IMG/VR virus record: IMGVR_UViG_3300021255_001403
Strand: one strand, 5' to 3'
DNA length: 64,000 bases
DNA from: an uncultured virus (IMG/VR IMGVR_UViG_3300021255_001403)
Lineage: Duplodnaviria > Heunggongvirae > Uroviricota > Caudoviricetes
In this document: positions 9,866-19,929 of the stretch, in pieces
Layout of the letters: every line of letters starts with the position of its first letter
How positions within the stretch are numbered: the first letter of the stretch is position 1
The notes under the pieces: generated by a model
Told to the model about the DNA's origin: nothing
Database searches by the model: none
Seen by the model: the letters and a program-made list of their open reading frames with translations, nothing else
Program-made: the position numbers and the translations under genes

Positions 9866-10420
9866 ATGAATTATCTTGGCGTTATCAAAGACGACGTTAT
9901 TAATGGCCCTGGAGTACGTTTAACAATTTTCGTATCTGGTTGTGAGCATCACTGCCCAGGATGCCACAACTCTCAATCTTGGGATAAAAACTCAGGTTAT
10001 TATTTAAACCCCTATGTAATCAATGGTATCACAGATTATATACTCTCCACTCCATTCTGTTCTGGTATCACTATATCTGGTGGAGACCCATTAGCACTTT
10101 ATAATAGAGAATCGACTTTTAATCTTATATACTCCATTAAACAAAAACTTCCATTTGATAGACGCATAAACTTTTGGCTATATACTGGATATACTTATGA
10201 AGAGCTTATAGATGATATTAAATCAGGAAATACTATACTTTCTTTTATATTGTCAAATATAGACGTATTGGTAGACGGAAGATTTATATTGGAAAAAAGA
10301 GATATATCACTTAAATTTAGAGGATCTAGTAATCAACGATTAATAGATATAAATAAAACTTTTGATCCAAATAATCTTACAACTGATAATATTGTATTAT
10401 GGAGTGAAGAGAATGATTAA
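9866..10420 (+). CDS. nrdG: anaerobic ribonucleotide reductase activating protein (radical SAM)
   Basis: NGPGVR..FVSGCEHHCPGCHN (CxxxCxxC), GITISGGDP, YTGY, DVLVDGRF, FRGSSNQ. Confidence 0.96.
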   Translation: MNYLGVIKDDVINGPGVRLTIFVSGCEHHCPGCHNSQSWDKNSGYYLNPYVINGITDYILSTPFCSGITISGGDPLALYNRESTFNLIYSIKQKLPFDRRINFWLYTGYTYEELIDDIKSGNTILSFILSNIDVLVDGRFILEKRDISLKFRGSSNQRLIDINKTFDPNNLTTDNIVLWSEEND

Positions 10421-11072
10421 GAATACATTAGAATGGAAAGATATAACCAAAGAATTACCTTTCCATGGAGAGACAGTATTAGTATGGGTTCCGAATTATA
10501 AATTTTTAGATTCTTATATTAATATATCCACTTTTTATAGAGGTATAACTAAGACTGAAAGAATAATGCTAATTAGCAATCATCATAGTAGAGGTATGGT
10601 AAATAAAGAAGAAGATGAAAGTGATAAGAATCCAAAAGACTATTGTTTTACTAATATTGAAACCCATTTTAATAGAGCTGTGACACACTGGAGTTATTTA
10701 CCTAGTGGACCAGATGAAGAAGAAGTAATACATAAACCTTATAACCCAGAAGAGCATAAAAAGATTTTTTATAGTGAGATAGGAACATCACTTCGTTGGA
10801 CTAGACTCATTTATTATGCAGATAAGCCAGAAGGGTTTACAAAGAAGGTAGGATTCGACCAGTCTTATTATAATAGGCATGAAGAAATATCTTGCTCAGA
10901 TGGCATAATGGAAGTAGGATTACTTAGACGTACTCCAGAATTGATAAAAAATAATATGTCTACTTATGCTATTATGGATACACTTATAGAACCTAAAGAC
11001 TATCATGATTTAAGACTTAATTATGAAATGTTTATGAATTATATCAATGAGAATTTTATTATAGGAGGATAA
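10413..11072 (+). CDS. DUF551-like N-terminal domain protein
   Basis: W.....ELP....VLV ... VTHW..LP pattern; ATG 10413 has a GGAG SD. Confidence 0.55.
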   Translation: MIKNTLEWKDITKELPFHGETVLVWVPNYKFLDSYINISTFYRGITKTERIMLISNHHSRGMVNKEEDESDKNPKDYCFTNIETHFNRAVTHWSYLPSGPDEEEVIHKPYNPEEHKKIFYSEIGTSLRWTRLIYYADKPEGFTKKVGFDQSYYNRHEEISCSDGIMEVGLLRRTPELIKNNMSTYAIMDTLIEPKDYHDLRLNYEMFMNYINENFIIGG

Positions 11073-11078
11073 TATAAT

Positions 11079-11585
11079 ATGGGGATGTATTCGGTTATAG
11101 AAGCAGATGGAAATAACCAAACTATCTTAGATACTTTTTCAGATAAGAAAATAGCAGAGGATTTTGCATTACAATATAATATCTTACATGGATTTAATTC
11201 TCTTGAATATAGTGTATATGTAGAAGAAATAGATGTATCTGATACATATACTGTGGAAGATCCAGTTATAAAAGCCTTTATATCTGAAGATGAATTCACT
11301 GTATCAGTTGTTAGAAATGATGATAAATCCTTAATAAAATTAGTAAATGATAATACAGATTTTGTAGTTATAACCAACCCTGGATCTTTAATATTCTTAT
11401 TTAAGTATCCTATACCAGATGATATAAAATCTAAGAAAGTATATAAAGAAAGTGCTGAAGCTTTAGCTACTAAATATGCTAAAGCATTTGATACTATGGA
11501 TGGAGATTATTCTTATACAGTAATCCCTTTCTCTAAGATACAAAAGTCATTGTATACACCAAAACTATCTAATAGGAGTAAATAA
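11079..11585 (+). CDS. hypothetical protein
   Basis: AGGAGG SD. Confidence 0.65.
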   Translation: MGMYSVIEADGNNQTILDTFSDKKIAEDFALQYNILHGFNSLEYSVYVEEIDVSDTYTVEDPVIKAFISEDEFTVSVVRNDDKSLIKLVNDNTDFVVITNPGSLIFLFKYPIPDDIKSKKVYKESAEALATKYAKAFDTMDGDYSYTVIPFSKIQKSLYTPKLSNRSK

Positions 11586-11716
11586 TGAAAATCATTAAAA
11601 CTTTACAATGGTTACTAGATGCATGTATTATAATCTTTAGCTTAGCTTATTTAGTATTTTTATTTATACTATCTCATATATCCAATAAGCTATTTTCTTT
11701 TATAAAGAAGGTGTAA
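11585..11716 (+). CDS. 43-aa single-TM membrane peptide (not in ORF track)
   Basis: AGGAG SD; MKIIKTLQWLLDACIIIFSLAYLVFLFILSHISNKLFSFIKKV. Confidence 0.55.
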   Translation: MKIIKTLQWLLDACIIIFSLAYLVFLFILSHISNKLFSFIKKV

Positions 11717-11720
11717 GAGA

Positions 11721-11903
11721 ATGAACGTTATAATAGAAATGGGACTTAATCTTCTTATTTTGATTTGTATATCAATATTCTTGATAATGATAGTTTTAGA
11801 TACACTTACCAACTCTTATAAGATATCATTTGAAAGAATACTTATCTCTATATGCTATGGAATGATATTTGCAATAGTCTATACTTCTTGTTTAAAGTTG
11901 TGA
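11721..11903 (+). CDS. small two-TM membrane protein
   Basis: Two hydrophobic stretches; AAGGTG SD. Confidence 0.55.
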   Translation: MNVIIEMGLNLLILICISIFLIMIVLDTLTNSYKISFERILISICYGMIFAIVYTSCLKL

Positions 11904-11916
11904 GGTGATACAAATT

Positions 11917-12042
11917 ATGATTAAAAAATTTTTAAATGGCCTTAAAATATTTTTTATTTTATGCTTAGTACTCTTTACCATCTCAGCTAGTATTCTTACA
12001 ATATACTTAATATTCCAATTCTTTAGAGACTTTGTATTTTAA
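11917..12042 (+). CDS. 41-aa single-TM membrane peptide (not in ORF track)
   Basis: GAGGTG SD; MIKKFLNGLKIFFILCLVLFTISASILTIYLIFQFFRDFVF. Confidence 0.55.
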   Translation: MIKKFLNGLKIFFILCLVLFTISASILTIYLIFQFFRDFVF

Positions 12043-12118
12043 AAATTAATACATGTATAACAGTTATGTAGTTCGATGAATTAAACTGTTAAACTGCTAA
12101 AATTGGAGGGGTTATATT

Positions 12119-12814
12119 ATGAAAGAGAAAATGACCATTAGTCGGTTGATTTCCGAGGAGAAAAAGCTCCTTAATATTATGAGTGGAGATGTTAGTGCAG
12201 CCTCTTTTTCTACTCATACTTATATTGACTCGTCTAATGAATACATTGGGCCTTATACTTTAGAGCAGTACGAAACTTTAGTAAAAGCTAACGTACAAAA
12301 GCTTATTGATAATACCAACCGTTTGGTTGCTATTCGTCATGCACTTACTCAGGCTAATAATAATACCATTATCGAAGTAAACTCCATTCCTACTTTGAAA
12401 ATGGTACTTAATAATAAGAAACCTGTAAAAGAAAAGATTACCATTGCAGAAGCTATTAACCGTAAACGTTTCTGTACTAATCTCTTGACTAAAGTATGTA
12501 AACCTCTTAGCCAGAGATTTAATATAGATATGATGCAGAAATCGAAAGTAGAAGATAAGATTGAATGTACTATCGCTAAGAATCTTTCTTCTAAATTCCC
12601 TGTAGATAGTAAGAATGCTTGGTCTCCTGAAAAGTATAATGAAGCTAAGCTTAAAGAACAGGAAGCTCATAAACTTAAGATCGTTGATCCTAATAAGTTT
12701 ATCGAGACTAATGCTATTGCTAATTGGATTACTTATCTGAATGAATACCTGATGAATATCGACACCATCCTTTCTGAAGCCAATGCAAGTACTGAAGTTG
12801 AAGTCGAATTCTAA
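12119..12814 (+). CDS. helical coiled-coil protein resembling the DIP1984/DUF6847-like family
   Basis: MTISRLISEEKKL N-terminus, AIRHALTQANNNT, ITIAEAINRK, C-terminal IDTILSEANASTEVEVEF; GGAGG SD; family assigned by motif recall only. Confidence 0.6.
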   Translation: MKEKMTISRLISEEKKLLNIMSGDVSAASFSTHTYIDSSNEYIGPYTLEQYETLVKANVQKLIDNTNRLVAIRHALTQANNNTIIEVNSIPTLKMVLNNKKPVKEKITIAEAINRKRFCTNLLTKVCKPLSQRFNIDMMQKSKVEDKIECTIAKNLSSKFPVDSKNAWSPEKYNEAKLKEQEAHKLKIVDPNKFIETNAIANWITYLNEYLMNIDTILSEANASTEVEVEF

Positions 12815-12832
12815 GGTATTTGATATATATTA

Positions 12833-13326
12833 AAAGTTTATGGATTATGAAGCATTGAATTGAAGCAAGCAAAGGAGTCTTTCGATGGCTTTTACTCTTG
12901 AAATAACGAAAGCCATCGCTTTTTAATATATCATCTTGAAGAGAAGATTGATATACGGAGTTCATAGCTCTGGCAGCCAGTCAGGCTGTTTATTTTATAT
13001 AATAAAAATATAATTCAGTTATAGTTATCTGCCACGACAGTATAAATATAGGCAGAATGTGTATAACTGATCAACGTCACTAAACTGATAACCTGTTAAA
13101 CTGCTAAATAAACTAAACTGTTAAACGGCTAAACTTTGTGTTAAACTGTTAAACTTATAATGCATCTAACTTGTTAATCGGTTAAACTGTTAAGCAAATC
13201 TTCTCAAATTATATTATGCGCAGAGCGTATAGTATAACATAAAGAGTCCCATGAAGAATGGTTACTGGTCTTTTTGTTTGTTACCAAATTCACTCTGAGA
13301 AGTTGCTACCATAATCCATAATCTTT
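12833..13326 (+). ncRNA. putative large structured ncRNA (about 490 nt) with an octamer-repeat loop
   Basis: Closing helix 12838-12849 with 13310-13321 (12 bp perfect); internal stems 12883-12892/12909-12918, 13015-13023/13062-13070, 13029-13033/13051-13055, 13200-13206/13296-13302; no convincing ORF. Confidence 0.65.
13081..13198 (+). repeat. degenerate tandem octamer array, about 12 x TAAACTGT-like
   Basis: TAAACTGA TAACCTGT TAAACTGC ... TAAACTGT TAAACGGC TAAACTTT ... TAAACTGT TAAACTTA ... TAACTTGT TAATCGGT TAAACTGT. Confidence 0.85.
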
Positions 13327-13451
13327 ATTTAAAATTGAATACAGCAACTACGACCAGGTGGTCGGCTTATTACTATTTACTTTTTTACTTACAACTTAAT
13401 ATGGTTTGTTATTTAGAATCCACGAATAATTATAACTACACACACAAGAGT

Positions 13452-13488
13452 ATATACCTGGACTAACAGTCCAGGTATATATTTTTTT
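13452..13488 (+). terminator. intrinsic terminator
   Basis: TATATACCTGGACT-aac-AGTCCAGGTATATA followed by a T run. Confidence 0.8.
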
Positions 13489-13551
13489 AATTTCCACAAC
13501 TTATCTATAATAGGTTTAGCCCTATAAATAATTTAAAGGGGTGTATATTTT

Positions 13552-13890
13552 ATGAGTGATACTAAGAAAAATTATTTAGAAATTGGCCCAGCTGTATTAC
13601 CGTACTCAGGTTTTATTTTAGTATCATCAGAAGTCTTTAATTGGGCATCTGCTCAGTATCCGAATGCATTTATGGCATTAAATAATATACTCGTAAGAAA
13701 TATGGAAACTGTGGCTAACGTATTATATAAAGAGGGTAAAGACTCTGGTATTCTTGAAGATACTATTGATGATACAGTATATAAAATCGCTTATACTATA
13801 AAGCCTGATAATAGTGAGAATATATATGATTTTATTGTAACTTTTGAACGTATGGCTGGTATATATAAAAAGAATGTAGACCTTTTATAA
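13552..13890 (+). CDS. hypothetical protein
   Basis: AGGGG SD. Confidence 0.6.
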   Translation: MSDTKKNYLEIGPAVLPYSGFILVSSEVFNWASAQYPNAFMALNNILVRNMETVANVLYKEGKDSGILEDTIDDTVYKIAYTIKPDNSENIYDFIVTFERMAGIYKKNVDLL

Positions 13891-13909
13891 TGAGAGGAGA
13901 ATATATAAA

Positions 13910-14386
13910 ATGAGTGAAGAAAAGAATCTTACTAAAGAAGAGAAATTGGAACTTGCACATCAGACTATCCGTACTTGTATGGCTAATCTTGATGTAGGTA
14001 TTATTAACTGTTTTATGGTATCAGTACCTATTGATATCGTAGATATAATTGAGAAAGAATTGAAAGACTTTAAAACTGTATACTACTTGGTATATAGATA
14101 TGAAGAAGAAGATAATAAGAGTGCTGATGTATTCGTATTTAGATATAAACACCAGGCTAATATAATTCGTTCTATCATTAGACTAACTAAAGAAGAAACT
14201 CATATCTCTACTACTATTAGGACTTATTTAATATGCAAACTCTTAGGATATGCCGATAATACTATCGAATCTCTTCTTGAACCTACATTTGAGAGTACTA
14301 AAGAAGAGTTTAAGATTCTTGAAATGACTCCAGAAGAACAAGAAGAATATGCTAAGAAATTAGCAGAAAAAATGGCAAAAGAGTAA
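13910..14386 (+). CDS. hypothetical protein, paralog of 45106-45558
   Basis: Shared F.Y..Q...LLGY...E.L motif. Confidence 0.65.
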   Translation: MSEEKNLTKEEKLELAHQTIRTCMANLDVGIINCFMVSVPIDIVDIIEKELKDFKTVYYLVYRYEEEDNKSADVFVFRYKHQANIIRSIIRLTKEETHISTTIRTYLICKLLGYADNTIESLLEPTFESTKEEFKILEMTPEEQEEYAKKLAEKMAKE

Positions 14387-14410
14387 CCAACCGTCACATC
14401 TTTATAAGAG

Positions 14411-15835
14411 GTGATTAGGATGGATACTAAAGATGCTAAATATTATAAAATAATCCCCATAAATGAGATTCGTAAAGCATTTGATAATAAGTGTTATCCT
14501 GAATACACTCCTATATCTATTCACAGAGATACTGAAAGAAGATTAAAGACTAATCTTATTATACCACCTAAATATCAAGCTTATTCTCTTGCTATAGAAT
14601 ATATGAGTAAATGGTTTTATTCTAAAAGACCTAAGGATTTCTTTAAACATACTTTTTTAGATGCTTCTCATGTAATGGATCAATTCCGTAAATTGACTAC
14701 TAGAGAGCTTATTAAAGCAAATAAGCCTTTAGCTCATATTACGGTAAATGAGGATACTGAGTTTAATAGATCTAATATAGATTTATATAATCTTGGTGCA
14801 ACTCTTTATAATAATAAATGCAATTATAAAGACGCCTTTTATATTGATAGAAAACAAAACACTTTCATATCTATGGCTATGAGACAAGTTAAACTTACTT
14901 TTGATTTCTCTATGCTATTTGATACTAAATCAATGCAAGATGATGTAGCAGAGTCTTGCGAAATGTATTATAGAGCTAATGGTTCACAGAAGCACTATAT
15001 TGATATAGACTTTCCTATACCAAAGGAGTTAATTGGTCAAATAGCCGTAGATAGTGGAATGTGTGAGAATGGTAAATACTCTGTAGTAAAAATGCTAAAG
15101 CATTTGAATCAAAGATCTAGATTCCCATTTGTGTATAAGTTTAATGAAGCTACTGGTAATATGGAATATTTTATGAGAATATCACATTGCTTAGTACATA
15201 TACTTACTTCATCTATACAAAAAGATGGTGGTAATCAATATAATATGATAATGAGTGATTATAGTGTAAAATTCTCTTGTGAAGTAAGATTTTTAGCTAT
15301 TAAATTCTTTGCTTATTATTCTCTTATACAAAGGGAGCATATACACTCTATTACTCAGCTTGATTCTAGATCTTTCTTATTTGGTATTACCAATCTACAG
15401 AATATACCACCAGTTAATGAACGTGGTTGGGGATGGGATTTTAAAACTACCTATATGGCAGATTCTCCAGAAGAAACTGAGAAGATTAAGAATAATCAGC
15501 TTATATCTATAGATATTTCCCATATGAATGGTAGTTTTAGAGAAGTTATAGATTATACCAAGTTTAATGCTTTATCTCCAGATGGGTTTATAGATATCAA
15601 AGCATTTAGTGGTACTAGATTTATAAAACTCTCTATAGATTGGGATAAGATGCAATTAAACTTCTTAGAACCATTACCATCTCAAGAAATACACTTTATC
15701 GTTTATCTTAATAAAGAATATATCAATAATACTATGGTGAAGAATCATAACTATCTTATAGATAGAATGGAATACTATAATGATAATATCGGACCAGAGA
15801 TGAAGTTAGGAACATCTCTTCCATCTAATTCTTAA
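14411..15835 (+). CDS. hypothetical protein, possibly virion structural
   Basis: Long ORF; late-type ACA-N6-TA motif at 14396. Confidence 0.55.
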   Translation: MIRMDTKDAKYYKIIPINEIRKAFDNKCYPEYTPISIHRDTERRLKTNLIIPPKYQAYSLAIEYMSKWFYSKRPKDFFKHTFLDASHVMDQFRKLTTRELIKANKPLAHITVNEDTEFNRSNIDLYNLGATLYNNKCNYKDAFYIDRKQNTFISMAMRQVKLTFDFSMLFDTKSMQDDVAESCEMYYRANGSQKHYIDIDFPIPKELIGQIAVDSGMCENGKYSVVKMLKHLNQRSRFPFVYKFNEATGNMEYFMRISHCLVHILTSSIQKDGGNQYNMIMSDYSVKFSCEVRFLAIKFFAYYSLIQREHIHSITQLDSRSFLFGITNLQNIPPVNERGWGWDFKTTYMADSPEETEKIKNNQLISIDISHMNGSFREVIDYTKFNALSPDGFIDIKAFSGTRFIKLSIDWDKMQLNFLEPLPSQEIHFIVYLNKEYINNTMVKNHNYLIDRMEYYNDNIGPEMKLGTSLPSNS

Positions 15836-15899
15836 TAAAATTATATACTATAATCATGAGTACAAATTAGTGAAAGAAGTTTCTATATAATAAAATCTA

Positions 15900-18272
15900 T
15901 TGGGGGCGTTATATTTGTCTGAATCAATCACTAATGTAAATCTGTTACAACAGTCTATATCTGATTATACAGATTATGCTGCTTATGTAGCAAGAAGACG
16001 AGCAGTACCTGATGGTATAGATGGTTTGAAACCTGTAGCTAGATATAGTATCTGGTGTGCTGCTCATGATTTTGGTGGTCAAGGATTTTCTAAGACTGCG
16101 GCTATTGTTGGTCAGGTTATACGCAAGTATAATCCTCATGGCGATTCATCAGTTAATGATGCAATTCGTAATATGATAAATGATTTTAGTACTAAATATC
16201 CTACTATGGAAGGTGATGGATCTTGGGGTACTAAAGTTGACCCATATGCAGCACAACCAAGATATAATGAAGCAAAGTTATCTAACTTTGCCTATGATGT
16301 ATTTATTAGAGATATAAAGGAAGATAAAAGAGCTACAGATTGGGCACCGAATTATGATAATAAATATATGGTACCAATTTATCTTCCAGCTAGAATTCCT
16401 ATCTTACTTATTAATGGTCAGATGGGTATAGCAGTAGGTCTAAAGTCTACAGTTCCATCTCATAATTTGGGTGATGTAATAGATGCTACTATAACTCTTA
16501 TGCATAATCCAAATGCCAAAATAAGACTTATACCAGATGAATGTATGCCTTGTGAGATAGTAGATTCTGATTGGGATAAGATTAATGAGACTGGTATAGG
16601 AAATTATATCGCTAGAGGGATTATAGATATCTCTGAATATGAAGGTAAACCATGTCTTATAGTAAGATCTCTTCCAGATTTTACATTCTTTGATAAGATA
16701 GAATTGAATATAAAGAATCTTGTTAAAGAAGGTAAGATGCCTTATATTATAGATATGATTTCCCGTTCATCTGTAGATCCAAAGAATCCTAATAAATATA
16801 TCTTTGAAGAGTTGATTGTACTTAAGAAAGGTACAGACCCAGAGTTTGTAAAGAATTGGTTATATCAGACTACAGCTATTCAGCAAACTCGTCAGGTTAA
16901 GAATATTATGCTTATTAATAATAAGCTGGAGATTATGGGTTTCAAACAGTATCTGTTATTCTTCATTGACTTCAGGCGTATGAGTCTATTTCGTAGATAT
17001 AATGTAAGACTACAGGTATTGAGAACTAAGATTCATGAAAGAGAATTGTATGTAAAGCTTCTCACTTCTGGTCATATAGAAAAAGTAATAAGTATGATTA
17101 GAAAGAATAAGTCTGATGATAGAGAAGAATTAGTACAATTCTTAATCAAGAAACTCAGAGTAACTCCTATTCAAGCAAGATATCTTTCTAAAGTAACTAT
17201 TCCAGAATTATCTGCAGGATTCTTAAATAAATGCTTAAGAGAGATTAAGAAGTATACAGATGAAGTAAAATACATAGTAGACGTAATAACTGATAAAGAA
17301 AAGATTGACCAAATTATCATTGATGAAATGCTTGAGATTAAAGCCAAGTATAATAACAAGAAAATCTGTAGAATCATATCTCAAAATGAAGCATTAGGCA
17401 TAGCTCCTGGTATATTTAAATTAGTCTTTATGAAGAATAATAAAATCAAAAAGATTAATGAGAATGATACTCTGCCCCCGTCTAAACTTCCTATGGTAAA
17501 CTTTAGTATTATTGCTGATAATACTGATGATATAGTTATATTCTCTGTATTAGGAAAAGCATTTAGAATTCCTGTATCTAAGATACAGTTATCAGACAAT
17601 AGCTCTGATGGTATTGATATAAGAATTCTTAATAAACATTGTACTACAGATATTGTATGTGCAGTTAGTGCTAATCTTGTAGAGAATTTATCTAAATCTA
17701 AACATAAGCAGTTTATCTTTGTAATCACTAAATTAGGGTTTATTAAGAAAATGGATATAGGAGATGTGATAGCAGCTAATAGTTCGGGTCTTATATATTC
17801 TCGAGTAGATGCAAATGATTGTGTTAAATCTATATTGTTTGGTACTAACAAAACAGATCTTCTTATCTACTCTAAGAATAAAATAGTAAGACTCAATCCT
17901 AAAGAAGTTCCTTATTTAAGAAGATCTACTAAAGGTAATAGAGCATCTACATCTTCATCTATTATTGATGGTATGAGTTTCTTACCAGGTCATGCTACTG
18001 ATATAGTAATAGTTACTAGACTGGGATACGTTAATAAAATTCCCGTAGATGTAGTAAATAGAGTTTCTAGAGGTAAAGCAGGGATTAAAGTAATCAATCT
18101 TAAGAAAGATGATTCCATCGTTAATGTTTGGGGTTGTACAGAATCCAATGCATTAATAGTAAGAGAATCTAGAGCTGCTAAAGAAATACCTGTAGGAACA
18201 CTTGCTATAGGATCTACTATTTCTGAAGGAGTACGATTAGCACAAGACTATTCTAAGATATTCATTAAATAA
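15900..18272 (+). CDS. gyrA: type IIA topoisomerase subunit A (GyrA/ParC-like; start possibly TTG 15915)
   Basis: RAVPDGIDGLKPVAR, YNPHGDSS, AAQPRY catalytic Tyr, GIAVG..VPSHNL, C-terminal beta-pinwheel repeats. Confidence 0.93.
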   Translation: MGALYLSESITNVNLLQQSISDYTDYAAYVARRRAVPDGIDGLKPVARYSIWCAAHDFGGQGFSKTAAIVGQVIRKYNPHGDSSVNDAIRNMINDFSTKYPTMEGDGSWGTKVDPYAAQPRYNEAKLSNFAYDVFIRDIKEDKRATDWAPNYDNKYMVPIYLPARIPILLINGQMGIAVGLKSTVPSHNLGDVIDATITLMHNPNAKIRLIPDECMPCEIVDSDWDKINETGIGNYIARGIIDISEYEGKPCLIVRSLPDFTFFDKIELNIKNLVKEGKMPYIIDMISRSSVDPKNPNKYIFEELIVLKKGTDPEFVKNWLYQTTAIQQTRQVKNIMLINNKLEIMGFKQYLLFFIDFRRMSLFRRYNVRLQVLRTKIHERELYVKLLTSGHIEKVISMIRKNKSDDREELVQFLIKKLRVTPIQARYLSKVTIPELSAGFLNKCLREIKKYTDEVKYIVDVITDKEKIDQIIIDEMLEIKAKYNNKKICRIISQNEALGIAPGIFKLVFMKNNKIKKINENDTLPPSKLPMVNFSIIADNTDDIVIFSVLGKAFRIPVSKIQLSDNSSDGIDIRILNKHCTTDIVCAVSANLVENLSKSKHKQFIFVITKLGFIKKMDIGDVIAANSSGLIYSRVDANDCVKSILFGTNKTDLLIYSKNKIVRLNPKEVPYLRRSTKGNRASTSSSIIDGMSFLPGHATDIVIVTRLGYVNKIPVDVVNRVSRGKAGIKVINLKKDDSIVNVWGCTESNALIVRESRAAKEIPVGTLAIGSTISEGVRLAQDYSKIFIK

Positions 18273-18370
18273 AAATATATGAGTAGGAGTGTTTATCACT
18301 CCTACTCTAGTAATTTTTAAATTATAATTTCACAATTCATTAATATATGCATATATGAGAGGATGGTTCT

Positions 18371-18748
18371 ATGGGTAAGAAGAAGAAAGCTGAGAAGATG
18401 GTATATACTTTTAGAATAATGAAAGTAGATGATGTGGATATATTGATTACAAGAAGAGTATTAAGATCTTTTAAAAATCTAGATCTTCCTATCACTGAAG
18501 TATTGTTTATGATTAGGAAGATTTATGAAATAGCAGTCAAATACAACTTCGATAATAGAGTAAATATCATACTACAAGACGAATCATCTGGATTAATGAT
18601 AGGAGCTAATTACGCTCTTATAGATAAAGATAAGACTAAATTCGTTATAAAAGAGATATATCTCAATAATGGTTTATATTGCCATATGAGAAATAAATTT
18701 GATTTCCGAGGGCCAAATGGTGGTTATATACCACAAATGTTATTATAA
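18371..18748 (+). CDS. hypothetical protein
   Basis: GAGGA SD; ACA-N6-TA at 18332. Confidence 0.6.
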   Translation: MGKKKKAEKMVYTFRIMKVDDVDILITRRVLRSFKNLDLPITEVLFMIRKIYEIAVKYNFDNRVNIILQDESSGLMIGANYALIDKDKTKFVIKEIYLNNGLYCHMRNKFDFRGPNGGYIPQMLL

Positions 18749-18765
18749 AAGGAGGTTAATAATGT

Positions 18766-19929
18766 ATGGTAATCAATGTAGACAATAGTAGTATTATCTG
18801 CCCTATCTTTAAGTACAACGAGTTTTTCAACAAATTATTGGAGTCTGGTAATAGTATCAATCTATATGACGAAAATCTTGAAAAAGTATTTTTAGAATTA
18901 GATGCTAGTGCTAAATACTCTAATACTTTCATTAAGAATTCAAATTTATTGGTTATACCAGCAAGAAAGGATGGTGAGATTAATGAAGACTATTGGAAAG
19001 TATTAGAAATGCTCAGAATCTCAAGAAAGGGATATAAGACTAGACTTAAGAATACGGAATATCTTAGATTCTTCATGAATTCTAAGAAATACGATCTTAA
19101 GTTTATTCAGATGACAAAACTTATGGCTATTGTTATAATCGAAGAAAGGGTGGTTAATAAAGAAGAAGAGAATAAAGATACTGATAAAATAATATACTCC
19201 ACTAATTTATCGAATGCTAATAAAGGATTGAATGATGATTTCAAATCTCAGTTATTAGTATTTAAACAAAAGAATGAAATGAAAGAAGATGAAGCTATAG
19301 AATATCAAAAACCTCCTACTCCTAAAGGAGTAGACTATTTCAATGATATGTATTTTGGTGAATCTAAAGAAAAAAATAAGCCTTTAGATTTACTACCGCA
19401 ATACCAAATACCTACTAATATGAAACAGCAAGATCCTCCACAACCTCATCCTATATTTTCAAATCCTACTCCACCAACTGATAAAGAGAAAGAAGAATAT
19501 CCTTCACCTTTACCCATTCAGTATCAATCTTCTACTGCATCTTTAGAGCTTCAGCATAAGATTGTAGAATTTACTAATATATTGATGGATAAATATGAAG
19601 AATTGGTAAATCCAGAAACATCTTTTGATTATCAGGCATCTTTTAATGATACTATTAAAAGATTGGATGATAGAGCCACTATTATGGCCAAATTCTCAAA
19701 TATAAGAGAGAAGAGGAAACAATTATCTCTCATATTATCTGATGAATCTTTAGATGATCAAACTAAGATAAAGTTTATTGATATCTTATTAGGAGCGATG
19801 GGATATGAAAGAAATAAAACAAACAGCTCGAAAAAGCCAAAAGAGGAGTCGAAACTCAGGAAAATCAGCGAATCAGTATCTCCAATGGCAAGATTTGAAG
19901 AACGATTCTCCAAAGCAAGATCTATATAA
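18766..19929 (+). CDS. hypothetical protein with a Pro-rich linker
   Basis: AGGAGG SD; ORF track. Confidence 0.65.
   Translation: MVINVDNSSIICPIFKYNEFFNKLLESGNSINLYDENLEKVFLELDASAKYSNTFIKNSNLLVIPARKDGEINEDYWKVLEMLRISRKGYKTRLKNTEYLRFFMNSKKYDLKFIQMTKLMAIVIIEERVVNKEEENKDTDKIIYSTNLSNANKGLNDDFKSQLLVFKQKNEMKEDEAIEYQKPPTPKGVDYFNDMYFGESKEKNKPLDLLPQYQIPTNMKQQDPPQPHPIFSNPTPPTDKEKEEYPSPLPIQYQSSTASLELQHKIVEFTNILMDKYEELVNPETSFDYQASFNDTIKRLDDRATIMAKFSNIREKRKQLSLILSDESLDDQTKIKFIDILLGAMGYERNKTNSSKKPKEESKLRKISESVSPMARFEERFSKARSI

Noticed and set aside
12729..12965. Minus-strand 78-aa ORF overlapping the putative ncRNA
   Set aside because: Antisense to the 12119 gene end, no convincing SD, atypical composition
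13081..13198. Possible CRISPR array
   Set aside because: Units are 8 nt and contiguous, with no unique spacers and no cas genes in the window
17381..17851. Long antisense ORFs inside gyrA, tubulin, RNAP and other genes
   Set aside because: Typical reverse-strand shadows of strongly biased coding sequence; no SD or motifs
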